This document shows positions 26,610 through 41,679 of a DNA stretch of 64,000 nt, piece by piece; within the stretch, counting starts at the first letter, position 1; each line of letters begins with the position of its first letter. The position numbers and the translations under genes are program-made. The notes beneath the pieces were generated by a model. That model made no database searches and was not told where the DNA came from. It worked only from the letters and a program-made list of their open reading frames with translations. Origin of the DNA: the human T2T-CHM13v2.0 reference genome, Homo sapiens. The stretch lies in assembly GCF_009914755.1 (NCBI RefSeq), contig NC_060925.1. One strand, written 5' to 3'.

Positions 26610-28630
26610 CACTGACATTTTAGAAGACTACAGGACAGATGTTTTTCAGACTAATCCTCACTTTTTCTTATGATTAGATTCAAGTTATACATTTTTAGCA
26701 GAAATAACACAGAAGTAATGTATCCTTCCTTATCAGTGCATCACATTAGAAGGCACATTATGTCTCTGTAATTAATAAGTAATTTGTGGGAAGATATTTT
26801 GAGATTATGTAAATATCCCATTTTCTCATCAAATTTTCACCAAGTAGTTTCATCATCCATTGATGATTCCTGCTCGATAAATTACTACTATGATGGTTGT
26901 GAAATGGTATTTTTTAACTCCATAATTTCCTCTACATTTTTAGTTAACATTCTACTTTAATTAATTCAATAATGTATTTACTATTTGTATGGATTCGCAA
27001 ATTATTATTCAATGAAGTACAATCTCTTACTGTTATTATTTATTTGGTGTTTGAATTATCCTGGATTTGGCCAGTGGGAGCCCATTCAGACTGGTTCCCA
27101 TGTCTTATTACAATTTCTTGAGCATGTCTTTATTTCTGGGATAATAAGATGTTTTATCACTCTAATTTTTGAGGAATATTTTGACTGCTATAAAATTATA
27201 GGTGACTAGTCATTTTCTTCCAGTATTTAAAAGCTGTTTTTCATTGTTCTCTGGTGTCCACTGAAAAAATCAATATTGATATATAAGCCCCAAGAATTAT
27301 TACTGCTTCTTTGAAGTCAATGTGTCTTTTTACCTCTGACTTTTTAAGAGTTTCTCTGTCTTTGATTTTTAGTATGTTTTACTATCTTGTGCTTAGATAT
27401 AATTTTCTTTATCCTGTTTGGTTTTTAAAGTTTAATGAATCTGTGGTTTGATGTCTTTCAGTTTTAGAAACTCTCAACTAGTTTTTCTTCAAATATTGTT
27501 TCTGTGTCATGTTTATTCTCCTTTCTTTGTGGAACTTCAATTACATGTTAGACATTTTCACTATGTCCTACATATCTCTTCTACTCTTCTCCCTAACTTC
27601 CATATTTTTCTCTCAGTGCTCTGGTCTAGACACTCTAAGCTGGCCTGTATTCTAGTTTACAAACTCTAATTTCCTCTCTGTCTAAGTTTCTATTAAATCT
27701 TTCTGTTGAATTCCTAATTTCACTTGTTATATTTTTCAGACCTATACATTCCATTTGATTTTTAATATAGATTATTAGTACCTGCTGAAATTGTTTTTCT
27801 CTCTTTTCTTGAATATAGTTATTCTAATGTCCCTGTTTAATAATTCTAATATCTGAATCATCTGTAGCTCTGTTTCTGCTTGGCTTCGGTCACTAGTTTT
27901 TTCTTTTTTTTAACATACTTCATACATTGTAGTTGGACGCTGGACCTTGTGTATTGATTCCATTAAAATTATAGAGAGTCTGTATGGTGTTATCTTCTTT
28001 CTAAGAGGGTTAAGACCTCTTTTGGCAGCAAGGAGTACTTGCAGATCACCTTAATCCTGTTGAAGATTGATTTTGGAGCTGTTTTATTTCATTTTGTCTT
28101 TACTTCTAGGTTATAGACCTTCTGATGTCTCAGCTGAGAGTCTGGGATGTTTACCAAGGCCATTTGACATTGGCAGGCCTTAAATTCCTATCTTTGCCTC
28201 CTCAGTACCACAATATTTCCAGCTGCTAGTTTCTGACAGTTTTCGTGTACAGCCTAGAAATTGGCCAAAGCCTCAAGTGGCATTTGAACAGATTTCCAGG
28301 CTGATTTCCCTGTAGTATCCTTCTTTCAAGATTTTACCCCTCAAGTCCCAGCTGGTTTGGCTGTTCAAAACTCCAACATGTATCTTCTCCGGCCATTGGA
28401 ACTACCACTTTCTATTCTCTCGTGCTAAATATTGGCAAATGCTCATGGAGAAAAAGCTAGGCGAATGTAGATCTCATTCATAGTGTTTACCTTCTCTTAA
28501 AGGATCAGAGCTTCTCAAGTTCTGTGTTGGTCACTGGCCATGGTTTTGAATGTTTTTTTATTTTCCCTTCTGCAGGTTTTATAGCAGATTTTAATGGAGA
28601 AGTGCTTAGTCCAAATCAAACTTGACAAAG
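26610..28630 (-). mobile_element. Old L1M fragments (L1MC-like 3' piece and ORF1/5' region)
   Basis: T-rich antisense L1 signatures (GATTAGATTCAAGTTATACATTTTT; CCAGTGGGAGCCCATTCAGACTGG; TTTCAGTTTTAGAAACTCTC). Confidence 0.65.
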
Positions 28631-28970
28631 GCAAAACTTTTCTATTTAGTGATTATGTTAAATATTTCAGAAATATTTTTCAAGCTCTTGCTTTGTCATT
28701 GATTTTTAATACTATAGCACCGTAGTCAGAGAAGATATAGTCTGTGATATACCAGTTTGGACCAAATGAAATTGTCATTTTTGTACATCAAATATAGCTG
28801 AATATTGGTACTCTTGAAGAACTTCAAGCTGCAGTTCCTTTGCAATTTATTGATGCTTTAGTAAGGGAATATGGATTTTTTATAACATATCTTTCTTTGT
28901 TTAAAGAAAATAACATGTATCCTGTATTTGTTGGAGGTATTCTTTGTTTTTTCTTTCTCTTAAAACTGTC

Positions 28971-30399
<1,429 letters not shown>

Positions 30400-30438
30400 A
30401 AAGACTATTCTTTCTCCTTCAAAACAAAAACAAAAATG

Positions 30439-30440
<2 letters not shown>

Positions 30441-30474
<34 letters not shown>
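30441..30474. repeat. (CA)n microsatellite
   Basis: About 17 perfect units. Confidence 0.95.
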
Positions 30475-30477
<3 letters not shown>

Positions 30478-30764
30478 AACTCTCTCTGGGCTTGCCCTCT
30501 GGGATTGCCTCTCACTGGGCTGCCTTTCAAGGTATTGTGCTTGAAATGGCCGGTAGAATCATCGGCTATTAACAGTGGGCCCAAAGTTTTCTACTATTTA
30601 GATGGATCCATCAGTACCACAAGTGCCACATCTTTCTCATGTCTTCCTATTAAGAAGCAGAACTGACCATGTTATCCTAAGCCACTACCCAATCCTTTTT
30701 CTTGATGACGTTAAAAATGCTATTGAGGGAGGGAAAAATGCAGTCAAAATTAAGACCTTCCAGT

Positions 30765-30980
30765 GGCATAATGGAGACTGAGGCAAAGGAAAATCCCAAT
30801 AATATTTTTTTTATTTAAAATTTTGATATTTGAATCACTGTATTTTTTTGGTCTTAATTTTTACTTTTAAAACATATTGCATTAAAATACTATCTATCTG
30901 GATTACTGAGGTTTTTGATGCCTCTTTAAATTTTGTGTCTGAGGTGAGTGCCTCAAGGCCTCATCCTAGTTTGGTCCCCA
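30765..30980 (-). mobile_element. MER96B-like hAT element
   Basis: AAATTTTGTGTCTGAGGTGAGTGCCTCA...CATCCTAGT matches recalled terminus. Confidence 0.6.
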
Positions 30981-31525
30981 GATGTTCAGCTTTGCAGGAA
31001 ATGGAGCTCCTGGTGAGAGGTTTTTTTTTCCTCTCTGTGAAGTAGGCTGGGGCTTCTTGAAGCAATATAAGCTGAGGCAATGTAAGTTGACAGACCAGGT
31101 TGAGCCACAAACAGATCAGAGTACTTCCTTACCACCAATAGCTGACTAGTTAAATATTTCTTACTCCAGACAGGAAAAGAGTTAGGCCCTATAAGAAGGA
31201 AAAGGCAGAGTCCTCCTCAGACTAACTTCACCCCTTCCCCTTCCCTCGTATGCTAGCAGAGTGGAGAGGAGCATAGAAAGAGGACACCATGGCCTCTCCC
31301 CTTTGCAGATCCACATGTTCTGTATTCAAAGAGGAGAGGAGAAGGGAGGGAAAGGGAGGGGGATGAAGAGGAGAGAAAAAGAGATTTATATTGAAACTGA
31401 GTTTGAAATCTTAATTAGACCGAATCTCTAATAACCAACAGTGACCAGACAGGGCATTTGTTCAAGTCATCATTAAACAACGCAAAAGGGAGATTTGATA
31501 ATATAATGTGGAAGTCCTAAGGTGG

Positions 31526-31897
31526 TGTATTAGTCTGTTTTTGCACTGCTATAAAGAAATACCTGAGACTGGGTAATTTATAAAAGAAAGTGGTTTAATT
31601 GACTCACAGTTCTGCATGTCAAGGGAGGCCTCACAAAAGTTACAATCATGGTGGAAGGGAAAGCAGGAACCTTCTTCACAAGACAGCAGGAGAGAGAAGA
31701 ACGAGGGAAGGAGGAATTTGCCAAACACTTATAAAAGCACCAGATCTCATGAGAACTCACACGAGGACAGCATGGGGGAAACTGCCCTCGTGATCCAGTC
31801 TCCTCCCATTGGGTTCTTCTCTCAACACTTGAAGATTATGGGGATTACAACTGAAGATGAGGTTGGGGTGGGGACATAAAGTGACAAAACCACTTCA
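31526..31897 (-). mobile_element. THE1D/MST solo LTR
   Basis: TGTATTAGTCTGTTTT...GAGACTGGGTAATTTATAAA...GATCTCATGAGAACTCAC. Confidence 0.9.
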
Positions 31898-31899
31898 TA

Positions 31900-32052
31900 C
31901 CCCATAGTAATTGGTTTCATATATGTTGATAATAAAGGATATTTTTAGGCATATTATTCAAATCTTTCATGTCATTGCTTAAGTTTTATCAACCTGATCT
32001 ACTAGAGTCTGAGAGAGGTAGATTAAATCTCCAATGACTATTACTGGGTAGT

Positions 32053-32083
<31 letters not shown>

Positions 32084-33450
32084 GAGATACCTGGTCTCAC
32101 TCTGTCATCCAGGTGATCATAGCTCACTGAAGTCTTGCTGGAACTCCTGGGCTCAAGCAATTCTCCCACTTCAGCCTCCTGAGTAGCCGGACTACAGGTG
32201 TGTGCCATCATGCCTGCCTAATTTTTTATTTTTTATTGATGGGGTCTTACTGTGTTGCCCAGCCTGGCCTTGAATTCCTGTCCTCAAGTGATCTGCCTGC
32301 CTTAGTCTCCCAAGTAGCTGGGATTACAGGCGCAAGCCACCAAGCCCAGCTATTTTCTGTAGTTCTATTAGCTATTGCTTTATAAGTTTTCAGGCTATAT
32401 TATTAGGTGGAAATATGGTCATAATAATTGTGCTTTTTTAATATTGTTTTTTTCTTATAAATATTTTTTTCTCTTGTGATTTTTAATTCTCTTTTGTCTG
32501 GTATTAAAATTTTTAGCCTTGCTCTCCTTGGATTTATATTTGCCTAGAATATTTTTCCAATGATTTATTTTTAACATTTCAGTGTTTTTAATCTTAAGGT
32601 TTCTTTCTGAAGTTTGATTTACTATTTTCTATTTATTCTTTATTCTTTTATTTTATCATTTTTTCATGTTTTCTACTGGGTAAATTAAATTTTATTTTGT
32701 TTCTCTGAAGATTGCACATTCTATTTTTATTCTTTTAATGAATACTCCTAACTTGTTTATACCCACATTTCCGCAGTTTCCTTCCATTAGCATCAAAAGC
32801 TTATCAATAGACATATCTTTCCTCTCTGAACATGACCAGAATTTCAGCACTCCCTTAATTCCTTTAGCTTTATGCTTCTGCTTATGCTCTGTGTATGCTT
32901 TTGGAATTTTGACATGGTCTTTGATATCTTAAATATCACTCTATTAGACTTGTAAATCTTTCCTTAATTTTGAGAAGTTCTCTGTCATCACTTCTTCACT
33001 CTTTCTTCCCCTACATAATCTCTTTTTCTTTTCCTTTTTAAAAAATTATTTGGATTCCTATTGGATGTATATTGAAGATTTTGCTTCAATGCCCTGTGTT
33101 CTTTTTTTTCATCACTTCATCTCATCCAGTATCTTCTATGCTACAGCTCAGCTGTATTCATTCTGCTCTTTAACCAATCCATTCATTTGTTTTTTTTTTA
33201 ATTCAACTATTGTATTTCTTATACCTAGGAATTCTAACTGATTTTCCTTTATAATATGTGCTCCCATTTTGTGCTTACATTGTCCACTCGTTCTCTCTCT
33301 CTAAAGATATTTATTATGCTCATTTCAAACTCATACCAGTTTCATGTGTTTTACTCTTTTTGGTATAGGCCACTCCAATTGTTCATTTTGGTAATGCTTC
33401 TCTGATATCTTATTTTTTGCCTATGAACTCACCCTTTATCCCCTTGGAAT
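31900..33450 (-). mobile_element. Old L1ME fragments (interrupted by AluJ)
   Basis: GAGAGAGGTAGATTAAATCTCCAA; TAATTTTGAGAAGTTCTC; T-rich antisense L1. Confidence 0.55.
32051..32351 (-). mobile_element. AluJ with internal deletion
   Basis: (GTTTT)n tail; ATCATAGCTCACTG and CTCCTGGGCTCAAGC J-type diagnostics. Confidence 0.9.
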
Positions 33451-34659
33451 CTTTAGCTGCCTTTGCTAGTCCTGTCAGTAAGGGAGGGAAGGCAGAAGTC
33501 TAGTTCCTAGCTTGTGCTCTTTTTCAGATGGGACATAGTAGGGAACAAGAACCTCTAGAGATGATATTTCCGGGTGTAACACATCCCTGGATTTTTCTTT
33601 TGACATTTTTAACCTCTTAGTAATTTGGCCCTGTAAGAGCCTACAGGGTAGAGAGAAGAGGGGAAGGAAGGAAATGCTCATGGGGTCAGCCAGCTTACCT
33701 GTACTCAGTGACTTTGGCTCCCCACCTTCCCCTGGCTCCACTCCCCTAATTTAGCCTGGGTTCCCCAAGATGGCTTTAGGCTTCCAGGGCTGCCTTTTTC
33801 GCCCATAATAGCTACAGTGCCCTAAAGATCTACATGAGGGAGGAAGAAAGGGCACAACTAGAAATCTTTCCCCAGTCTAGCCTATCCTAGAGGTCCATAG
33901 CCCTGTAGTCCTCAAGCTACCATTCCCCTCCCTCTATGCTAGGACCACCCTCTGCCTTCATCAGATTTCTCACAGCTTTGGGGTGTCTTGGGTGGGTGGG
34001 AGGCTACAACTATGATATCTGTCAACTTCTTTATATTCTCTGAGTCATCTTCCATGTTTGATTTAGGGGATGGAGACAATGACCCATGTTCATTTACCAT
34101 CACAACCAGAGCTGTGAATAAATTATTTGTTTCTCCTTAATAGAAAATTAAGGCCTAAACCTCTGTGTCCATCAGAGACAAATTCTTTCAGCAAAATTAT
34201 TAATATGGTCTCAATACTTACAGGATTAATAAATAACACAAAACATAACTTTAAGATCTTTTATAGAACCTTCACAATTTTTCCCCTAGGTTTCCACTCA
34301 ATATTAATTTTACCTCAGGGGGAAAAAGGACCTTATGTAAAAACCCTTTATTCTCTCTTCACCCATTCATATTAAATAATACAAAATTATTTTAATAATT
34401 GTGATATGGAATCTAGAGACAAAACACTGGTCTACAAAAGTGAACCAATTCATTTCATAAATCACATTCGTCTGCTCCTTCCAGCAATTTCCCTTTTCCC
34501 TGGAAGGGGGATGTTATTGTGTTTTATCTGTGGCTTTTTGTGTAATTTTAATTTATCATTAAGTAACACTTCGCTTTTTAACATAAAGAATTCAGTGTGC
34601 TTGACGGAGCAGTACTCCATGAAAAGTTAGTTTGAAGCGACAACTGTTTGGAGCAGAGG

Positions 34660-34800
34660 AGTTTATTAATTTATCAGAACCTTATGTTCAGTTTCACATT
34701 TCTCAGCATAGGAACCAACAATCAGCTGCACCTGTTGCCAATTAAAGTATTAATGGCACATCAATCAAAGAAAAATCACTGGGAATGGAGATTACACAAG
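34660..34800. promoter_or_regulatory. Candidate enhancer: SOX/E-box/homeodomain/PBX/TCF cluster
   Basis: AACAAT 34717-22, CAGCTG 34723-28, CACCTG 34729-34, CAATTA, TAATGG, ATCAATCA 34760-67, ATCAAAG 34764-70, in unique sequence. Confidence 0.4.
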
Positions 34801-35329
34801 CTCTGTACTCACATCATTTTTTGGAAGTCATCCTTTATTTCAAAGATAAGTGAGATCTGCAAACCGTACCTTTCAGTCTGCATTCTCCACTTTTCCTCTA
34901 AGATAATTTGGTAGCTGAGTGCCTTAGACTGCGAAGGAAAATGCATTTTCCACTGGAAGAAACCACAGTCTTGTATTTAAAAATTAATAATGGTGCTATA
35001 CATGTGGAGTGTGGCAGGACCCTGTTAACATTTTTAGGAAGTTTGACAAAAGTTAATTACCAAGTTTATAGAAAGCAGGGTGGCACTGGCATAGCTCAAA
35101 ATGGATAGAATCTTCATTGCCCGTACAGGTTACTATGTTTGCTTGGAAGAAATTCATGGTGCTAACACAGAAAAGGCCAGCAGAGAGAGCTGTGCTTTTG
35201 AATTCCTTATTTAGAATAGGTCAATATTCTGGAGGGTATGGCTAGGGATAAGGATGGTTGAATAGGTCAATATTTTCGGGAAGGCATGGTGAGGGATGAA
35301 GATGGGGATGAGGATGGCCATAGAGGGAA

Positions 35330-35520
35330 GGAACAGTTGAAAGAACACAGGTTATGTGTTTGAACCTCGGCTCATTTTCTGTCTGGCTCCTGTTAATTAA
35401 TTATTCTGGGCACTATTTTTCACACCTATAAAGTGGGGGTACAACGACTCCTCCTGGGGCCTTGGGAGGAGTAGATGAAAGGTGAATGAAAGAGTCTGGC
35501 ACAGTACCTGGCATAGGTAG
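35330..35520 (+). mobile_element. MIR
   Basis: GTTTGAACCTCGGCTC...CACAGTACCTGGCATAG. Confidence 0.6.
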
Positions 35521-35736
35521 GTTCTTTCCTCTTCCTCTCCACTAGAACAGTCAGGTGTCATGGTGTGGACAACATACTACCTTGCTGAGCTAAGGCAAGG
35601 TACTTAAAAATCAAGGCAATTAACCTCAGCCTGGAAGCAGAACACTGGGAATGAATGAACACTTCCCGTATTCTCTTCTGCCAAAAAGCTGTCCTAAATT
35701 GCCTTTATATTTTCTCTTCCTTGAACTGCTGCAGTC

Positions 35737-36011
35737 TTTTTTTTTTTTTAACTTTTAAATTAGAGACAGGGTCTCACTCTGTCACCCAGGTCAGCCATAG
35801 CTCACTGCAATCTCGAATTCCCCCCACCTCAACCTTCCTAGTAGCTGAGCCTACAGGTGTGCATGCCTGGCTAATTTTTTTATTTTCAGTAGAGATGGAA
35901 TCTTGCTTGCTATGTTGCCCAGGCTGGTCTTGAACTCCTGGCTTCAAGTGATCTTCCTGCCTTAGCCTTCTAAAGTGTTGAGATTACAGGGGTGAGCCAT
36001 GGCACCCGGTC
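35737..36011 (-). mobile_element. AluJ with deletions
   Basis: GAGACAGGGTCTCACTCTG...GCTATGTTGCCCAGGCTGGTCTTGAAC. Confidence 0.9.
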
Positions 36012-36079
36012 CAGTTCTTAATATCTCTATTGCTTAAAATACTTGGTTGCTTTACTGAGGTAGAAATGACAACAAGACT

Positions 36080-36315
36080 GCCATAACGGTTAAGACCAGG
36101 ATCTCTGGAGTCACATAGGCCTGAGGCCAAATTGAGGCCCTGCCACTTTTAAGCTGTGTCATCGTGGATAAATCTACCGGATTCTTTGTTGCCTCAGATT
36201 CTAACTCTGGAAAATGGGCATAAATGCTGACCTCACATAATGGTCCAAAAGAGTGTAATGAGAATGCAAATACCTTGCACAGTGTCCGGTGAATAGTGGT
36301 GGCTGTTGTTGTTAT
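36080..36315 (+). mobile_element. MIR
   Basis: GGTTAAGACCAGGATCTCTGGAGTCA...GCCTCAGATTCT. Confidence 0.8.
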
Positions 36316-36584
36316 TGGCCAGACAGGACTAATACGGAGAGCTCCACCATGTCAGAATGTTTCTGGCAGGCATCACTGGAAAGGTGTTAAGTATAGGAGA
36401 AACAAGTAAAAGCAAGTAGGAAATTTTAAGTAGGGGCTGTTTGCCCTCTAGCCGAATTTATGCAACACATAGGCGATGTTATAGTGGCATGTGCCTTTTG
36501 AGGCAGTGACAGAAGATGCCAGGATTAGCCTAGTTTATATTATTAGGGAAACACTCTAGTACATCTGCCTTACATTGCAAGTGG

Positions 36585-36715
36585 AATACAAGCTAGAAGG
36601 CAGGTACCGTACCTTCTTCTTTGTTGTGTCCCTCACATGTCTAGTACAAAGCTTTGTGCATAGTAGGTGTTCAATTAATATGTATTGATCAGTAAAATGA
36701 GTTTCTTGTTGAATA
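36585..36715 (+). mobile_element. L2 3' end
   Basis: CATAGTAGGTGTTCAATTAATATGTATTGA. Confidence 0.65.
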
Positions 36716-36716
36716 A

Positions 36717-37046
<330 letters not shown>

Positions 37047-37384
37047 TCAAAATTTTCAAAGTCATTCTCAGAATATATTTTAAAAGAAAAAAATCCATTG
37101 TAATTTAATAATATTATTTCAAATATTTTGGATGGCCAAAGGCTAGGAAACAGAAGAGTGTCAATATAGTGGATCTTGATGCTAGAATGGTTTGGAATTA
37201 CTGCTTTAATGTGTGGCTATGGTTTTGCATCCTTCATTGTAGCATAATTACATGTACAGATTTTGATTTTCCTGTCCATCATTTTTTCCTTTGCAGAGCT
37301 ACCTTTGACCATTCATTCTGCTGTAGTGAGATTGTCAATAACAACACTCCAGCCTTCATTACTACCTCTGAACTGCCTAGCCTT

Positions 37385-37770
37385 AAGAATAGGTGTGACC
37401 AGTCATTCCACCTCATCCTCAGGCAACCAAGATTGGTCCATGGGGCGGGCACATGACCAGAATAAGGCCAAACACATTGTTTGATATAGAGATGCCATGC
37501 CTAAAAAGTGATTTTTCCTCTGGGGTTTCTAAGCCTAGAGTAAAAGGCTATTCTCCACAAGGTGAGGTCCTTTCTGCTGTAGTAGCACATGAAGCAGCAC
37601 TGTGCAAAGAGAAGAGAGAAGCAAAATGAGAGATGAGTAGGGTGGGAGATTCCCGTGAGCACAGAATTCCTGATTTCAGTACCTGGGGTCTTTGCTGCTA
37701 TAGCCCTTCCTCCAATTCCGAAAGCTATCCAGCACCTTTCCCAGCCTTGCAAGCAATATATATATTCTGG
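37385..37770 (+). mobile_element. Old ERVL/MaLR-type LTR fragment
   Basis: GATTGGTCCATGGGGCGGGCACATGACC motif typical of LTR16/MLT1J-K-like LTRs. Confidence 0.45.
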
Positions 37771-37802
37771 CATTCAGTGTTCAGCACACTATATGTGTAC
37801 AT

Positions 37803-38011
37803 CAGGATTTCTCAGCTTTGGCACTGTGGACATTTTGGACTGAAGAGCTGTGCATTGTAGGATGTTTGACAGTATCCCTGACTTCTACCCACCAAGTGCA
37901 GGTGGCACCACTGCCCGGGTTGTGACAAACAATAATGTCAAGTGTTTCCAGACATTGTCCAATGTCACAGGGAAAGGGGAGGGACAAAATCATTCCTGTT
38001 AAGAATCGCTC
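37803..38011 (+). mobile_element. MER20 (hAT-Charlie)
   Basis: TTCTCAGCTTTGGCACTGTGGACATTTTGG...TGTGACAAAC...TCCAGACATTG. Confidence 0.88.
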
Positions 38012-38014
38012 ATG

Positions 38015-38140
38015 TATACAGAATGCAAGCTCCATGGCAGCAGGTTTGCTTTTTCTTTCTTTTTTTGGGATCTGTATTCCCAGTACCTAGAACTGTGCCT
38101 GGATCATAATAGGTGCTCAATATATGTTTATTCAGTGAGA
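38015..38140 (+). mobile_element. L2 3' end
   Basis: CCCAGTACCTAGAACTGTGCCTGG...AGGTGCTCAATATATGTT. Confidence 0.8.
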
Positions 38141-38208
38141 AAACAAATGGGTTCAAAGTAAATGGAGGACATTGTTGCAGATGCTGCAGGAATCAAAAGC
38201 AAAGAAAG

Positions 38209-38580
<372 letters not shown>

Positions 38581-38752
38581 TTAAACAAACAAACAACAAA
38601 TAAAGAAGAAGAAAAAGACACACATAATTTGGCAAATGAAGAATCTCATGTACAACACAGTTCCTTTTAATGTGGAAAGTAGAGAGATGGGTCAGGGAGG
38701 AGGGAAAAATTGATTTTAGGAATTCTCCTTAAAGCACTGTGGCTTTCTACAT

Positions 38753-38766
38753 TCTCTCTGTGTGTG

Positions 38767-38802
<36 letters not shown>

Positions 38803-38812
38803 TGTCTCTCTT
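38753..38812. repeat. Compound (TG)/(TCTCTG)/(TC) microsatellite
   Basis: Directly visible. Confidence 0.9.
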
Positions 38813-39699
38813 TTTTATTTTAACAGAGCAGTACAGCCCAGCAGTGAAGACTGATTTGGGACCTAGGTAGTTAAAACAGAATGTGAAAGAATGCCTCAGG
38901 AGGAAGAAAATATCTATAGTAATTTTGCTTTTGTTCCCTAAAAATGACACATGCTTTTTGAAGTGTATTCTGATTTCCACACCTTTATTGAATAGTTTTC
39001 CCATCAGGATTAAAATGATCAGCACATAGAAGAGCCACCCCTAGATTTTATCTTTTTCCTTTTATTATAACTCAATAAAGAAGATGTGAGTTAGATAATT
39101 TAGTTTTACAATAAGTTTTCCCACATTGAGGGACACCTGATATATGAAAACATACATGCATATTCTTGGCAATACTAATGTAGCATTCATAAAGTGACTG
39201 AAACTTATATTATCCAGTCACATCATGTGAGACACAAATTGCAGGTACTCCATCCTTATCCAAATAGAGCAGTGATTATACAGTTTGGAAGTTGCCAGAA
39301 CAACAGCCCCTGTTCATCAGAAAAGAAATAATACAGAGCTGTTTCCAAACTGCATGGCCACACTCTCTACTTTCTCCACCTGCACTGCACCTGAGCTCCA
39401 TAAGATTATCATCGGCTGAGACCTATGTAAATCCTTAAGTTCTCAAAAAGCATGACTTTCTTTTCAGTTTTATCACCAGTCCCAAATAATTAGTTTACTT
39501 TTCAGCAGTGTTTCACACCAAGCAGTTTTGTTTATTTGCTTGTTGTCTAGAGTGGACAGCAATAAAGCCCCAAGGAGAGGAAATCCTGGGTGGTCAGCCA
39601 GGCACTCCACCAGCAAAATGATTCAGTCTCTGCCTCAGCCACAAGAACAGGCCATCGAATTTCATGCCTCAATAATATTTAAATCACTGCATGTTGTTA

Positions 39700-39860
39700 A
39701 GAGGCAGGATAATGTGGTCAAAGTCACTTGCTTTGGAGTTAGACAAGCCTGGGTTTGCAAATTTACTAACTGGAGGCCCTTGGGCAAGTGATGTAACTGC
39801 TCTGTCAATAGATACCATGTGTAAAATGTTTACACTATAATACTCATAAGGTTATTATAG
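39700..39860 (+). mobile_element. MIR
   Basis: CTTTGGAGTTAGACAAGCCTGGGTTT...CTTGGGCAAGTGATGTAAC. Confidence 0.75.
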
Positions 39861-40391
39861 TGTACCCCCAAAGGGGTGCCATTGTGATTAACTTCATTCA
39901 GGGTCACTCACAAATAATGAAAATCATGAACGTTAAATCCATGAATGCTAAGATGCATAATGCAATTTTAGCATTCAACAGCAATAAGAGAACACTATCA
40001 GGTAGTCTGTGCTTCAAGCATTTTCATGATTCTGGATTGGTCTCTGAATCAGATTTGCTGATAGGCAGGTGGGAATTAAATCCTAGGTTTCCTAGTTAGA
40101 TCTTACCTATGAGGTAGCTGGACTCGGAATTCAAATCTCCAAGGAAGCCACAAAGTGGTTCATGACTATCTTCCACTTGCACTTGATTCTGCTCCAGATT
40201 AGACTATTACTTCCCTTTTTTTTTTTAACTTTGCTTTTGGAGATAATAGAATCACTACATTTAGATGAAGTAAACTAATATCCTAATGAAAGCTGTAAAA
40301 CAGTCGCCATTAAATCTCAGTTATAGTCAATAAATGGCTGTAATTGCCTAATCTATATAAGAAAACATTCGTTTTTCCAGCAATGTATATG

Positions 40392-40750
40392 TGCTATGGT
40401 CTGGATATCTGTGTCCCCCCAAATTCATATGTTGAAACCTAATCACCAATGTGATCATATTAGGAGGTAGGGCCTTTGGGGAGTGATTAAATCATGAGGG
40501 CAGAGCTCTCATGAATGGAATTAGTGCCCTTACAAAACAGGTCTCGGAGATTTTCCTTGCCCCTTCTACCACATGAGGAAACAGCTAGAAGGCGCTATCT
40601 GTGAGGAGCAGGCTCTCATCAGAAACCAAATCTGCCTGCACCTTGATCTTGGACTTCCCAGCCTCCAGAACCATAAGAAATAAATGTTTGCTGTTTAGAA
40701 ACCACCAAGTTTATGGTATTTTGTTACAGCAGCTTGGATGGACTAAGACA
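40392..40750 (+). mobile_element. MLT1A/A0 solo LTR
   Basis: TGCTATGG...GACTAAGACA termini; TSD ATATG/ATGTG. Confidence 0.92.
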
Positions 40751-41679
40751 ATGTGACAAATTATAAGCAAATCATTGAGAAATCTAAAATCTAGAAGTCT
40801 AAAATCAAGAAATTTGAAGGTTTCTCACTGGAATGATCCAGTGTGTCAATTTCTATTGAAAAACTGATGTTAAAGCCTTATATTTAAAAGAAATACATCT
40901 TAAAACATAGACACTCCCACAGTCATCTATCTTAAGATACTGGAACTAACTTTCCAAAGTACCAGAAAGCTTTAGTTAATTACCATTCTGTGTATGATAC
41001 AACACCAGGTGCTGTGTATATTGACATACACTTGGTCTCTGGCCTTAAGAAGATTTTCATCAACAACATACACCATTGATGCAGATAAAAATCATATTAC
41101 ACTTTGGGGAAATAGCAATTGAATGTCAGTAACATGCGGGCTTCCAATTATTTGTTTTCATTTTCAAATGGCTAAGTTTGAATAAATAATTTTATCTTGG
41201 ATAGGTCAGCAGACTTCTCTAAGCAATGAAGAAGGATTAAGTAAACTAATTTCATACATTTTTCAAATTTACCAACTTGTCTCTCCACAGCTATATACTG
41301 TAGACCACCATCATGTCTGAGTTACTGCAACACCCTTCTAACTCTTCTCTAGTCTTGCCCCTTATGGCAAATCATTCTCTCAAGCAGAGTCAGTTAATTT
41401 TCAAAAGTAGGCACATGAACTTTTATTAAAAATCAGAACTTGACTATTATCGCTGTTAATACACAGAAGTTAGAATGTCTCTAAAAATAAACTCATCTGA
41501 CCTAAAGGTTAAATTTTCTAGAGGCCAATTTTGGGAATACAGAGCAAGTTTTTCTTACAAACACCACCCTGTATTGGAGAATTATCTTTTTCTAGTTGTA
41601 TATTTTAGCTCAAGTTTTGAATTCATTTAAATGATCTTATTAATAAAATACTAAAAATCTAAAAAGAAAATGAAAGGTG

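Noticed and set aside
31050-31520. Possible ancient Gypsy-type LTR relic
   Set aside because: Only vague resemblance to recalled consensus; cannot support without an HMM search.
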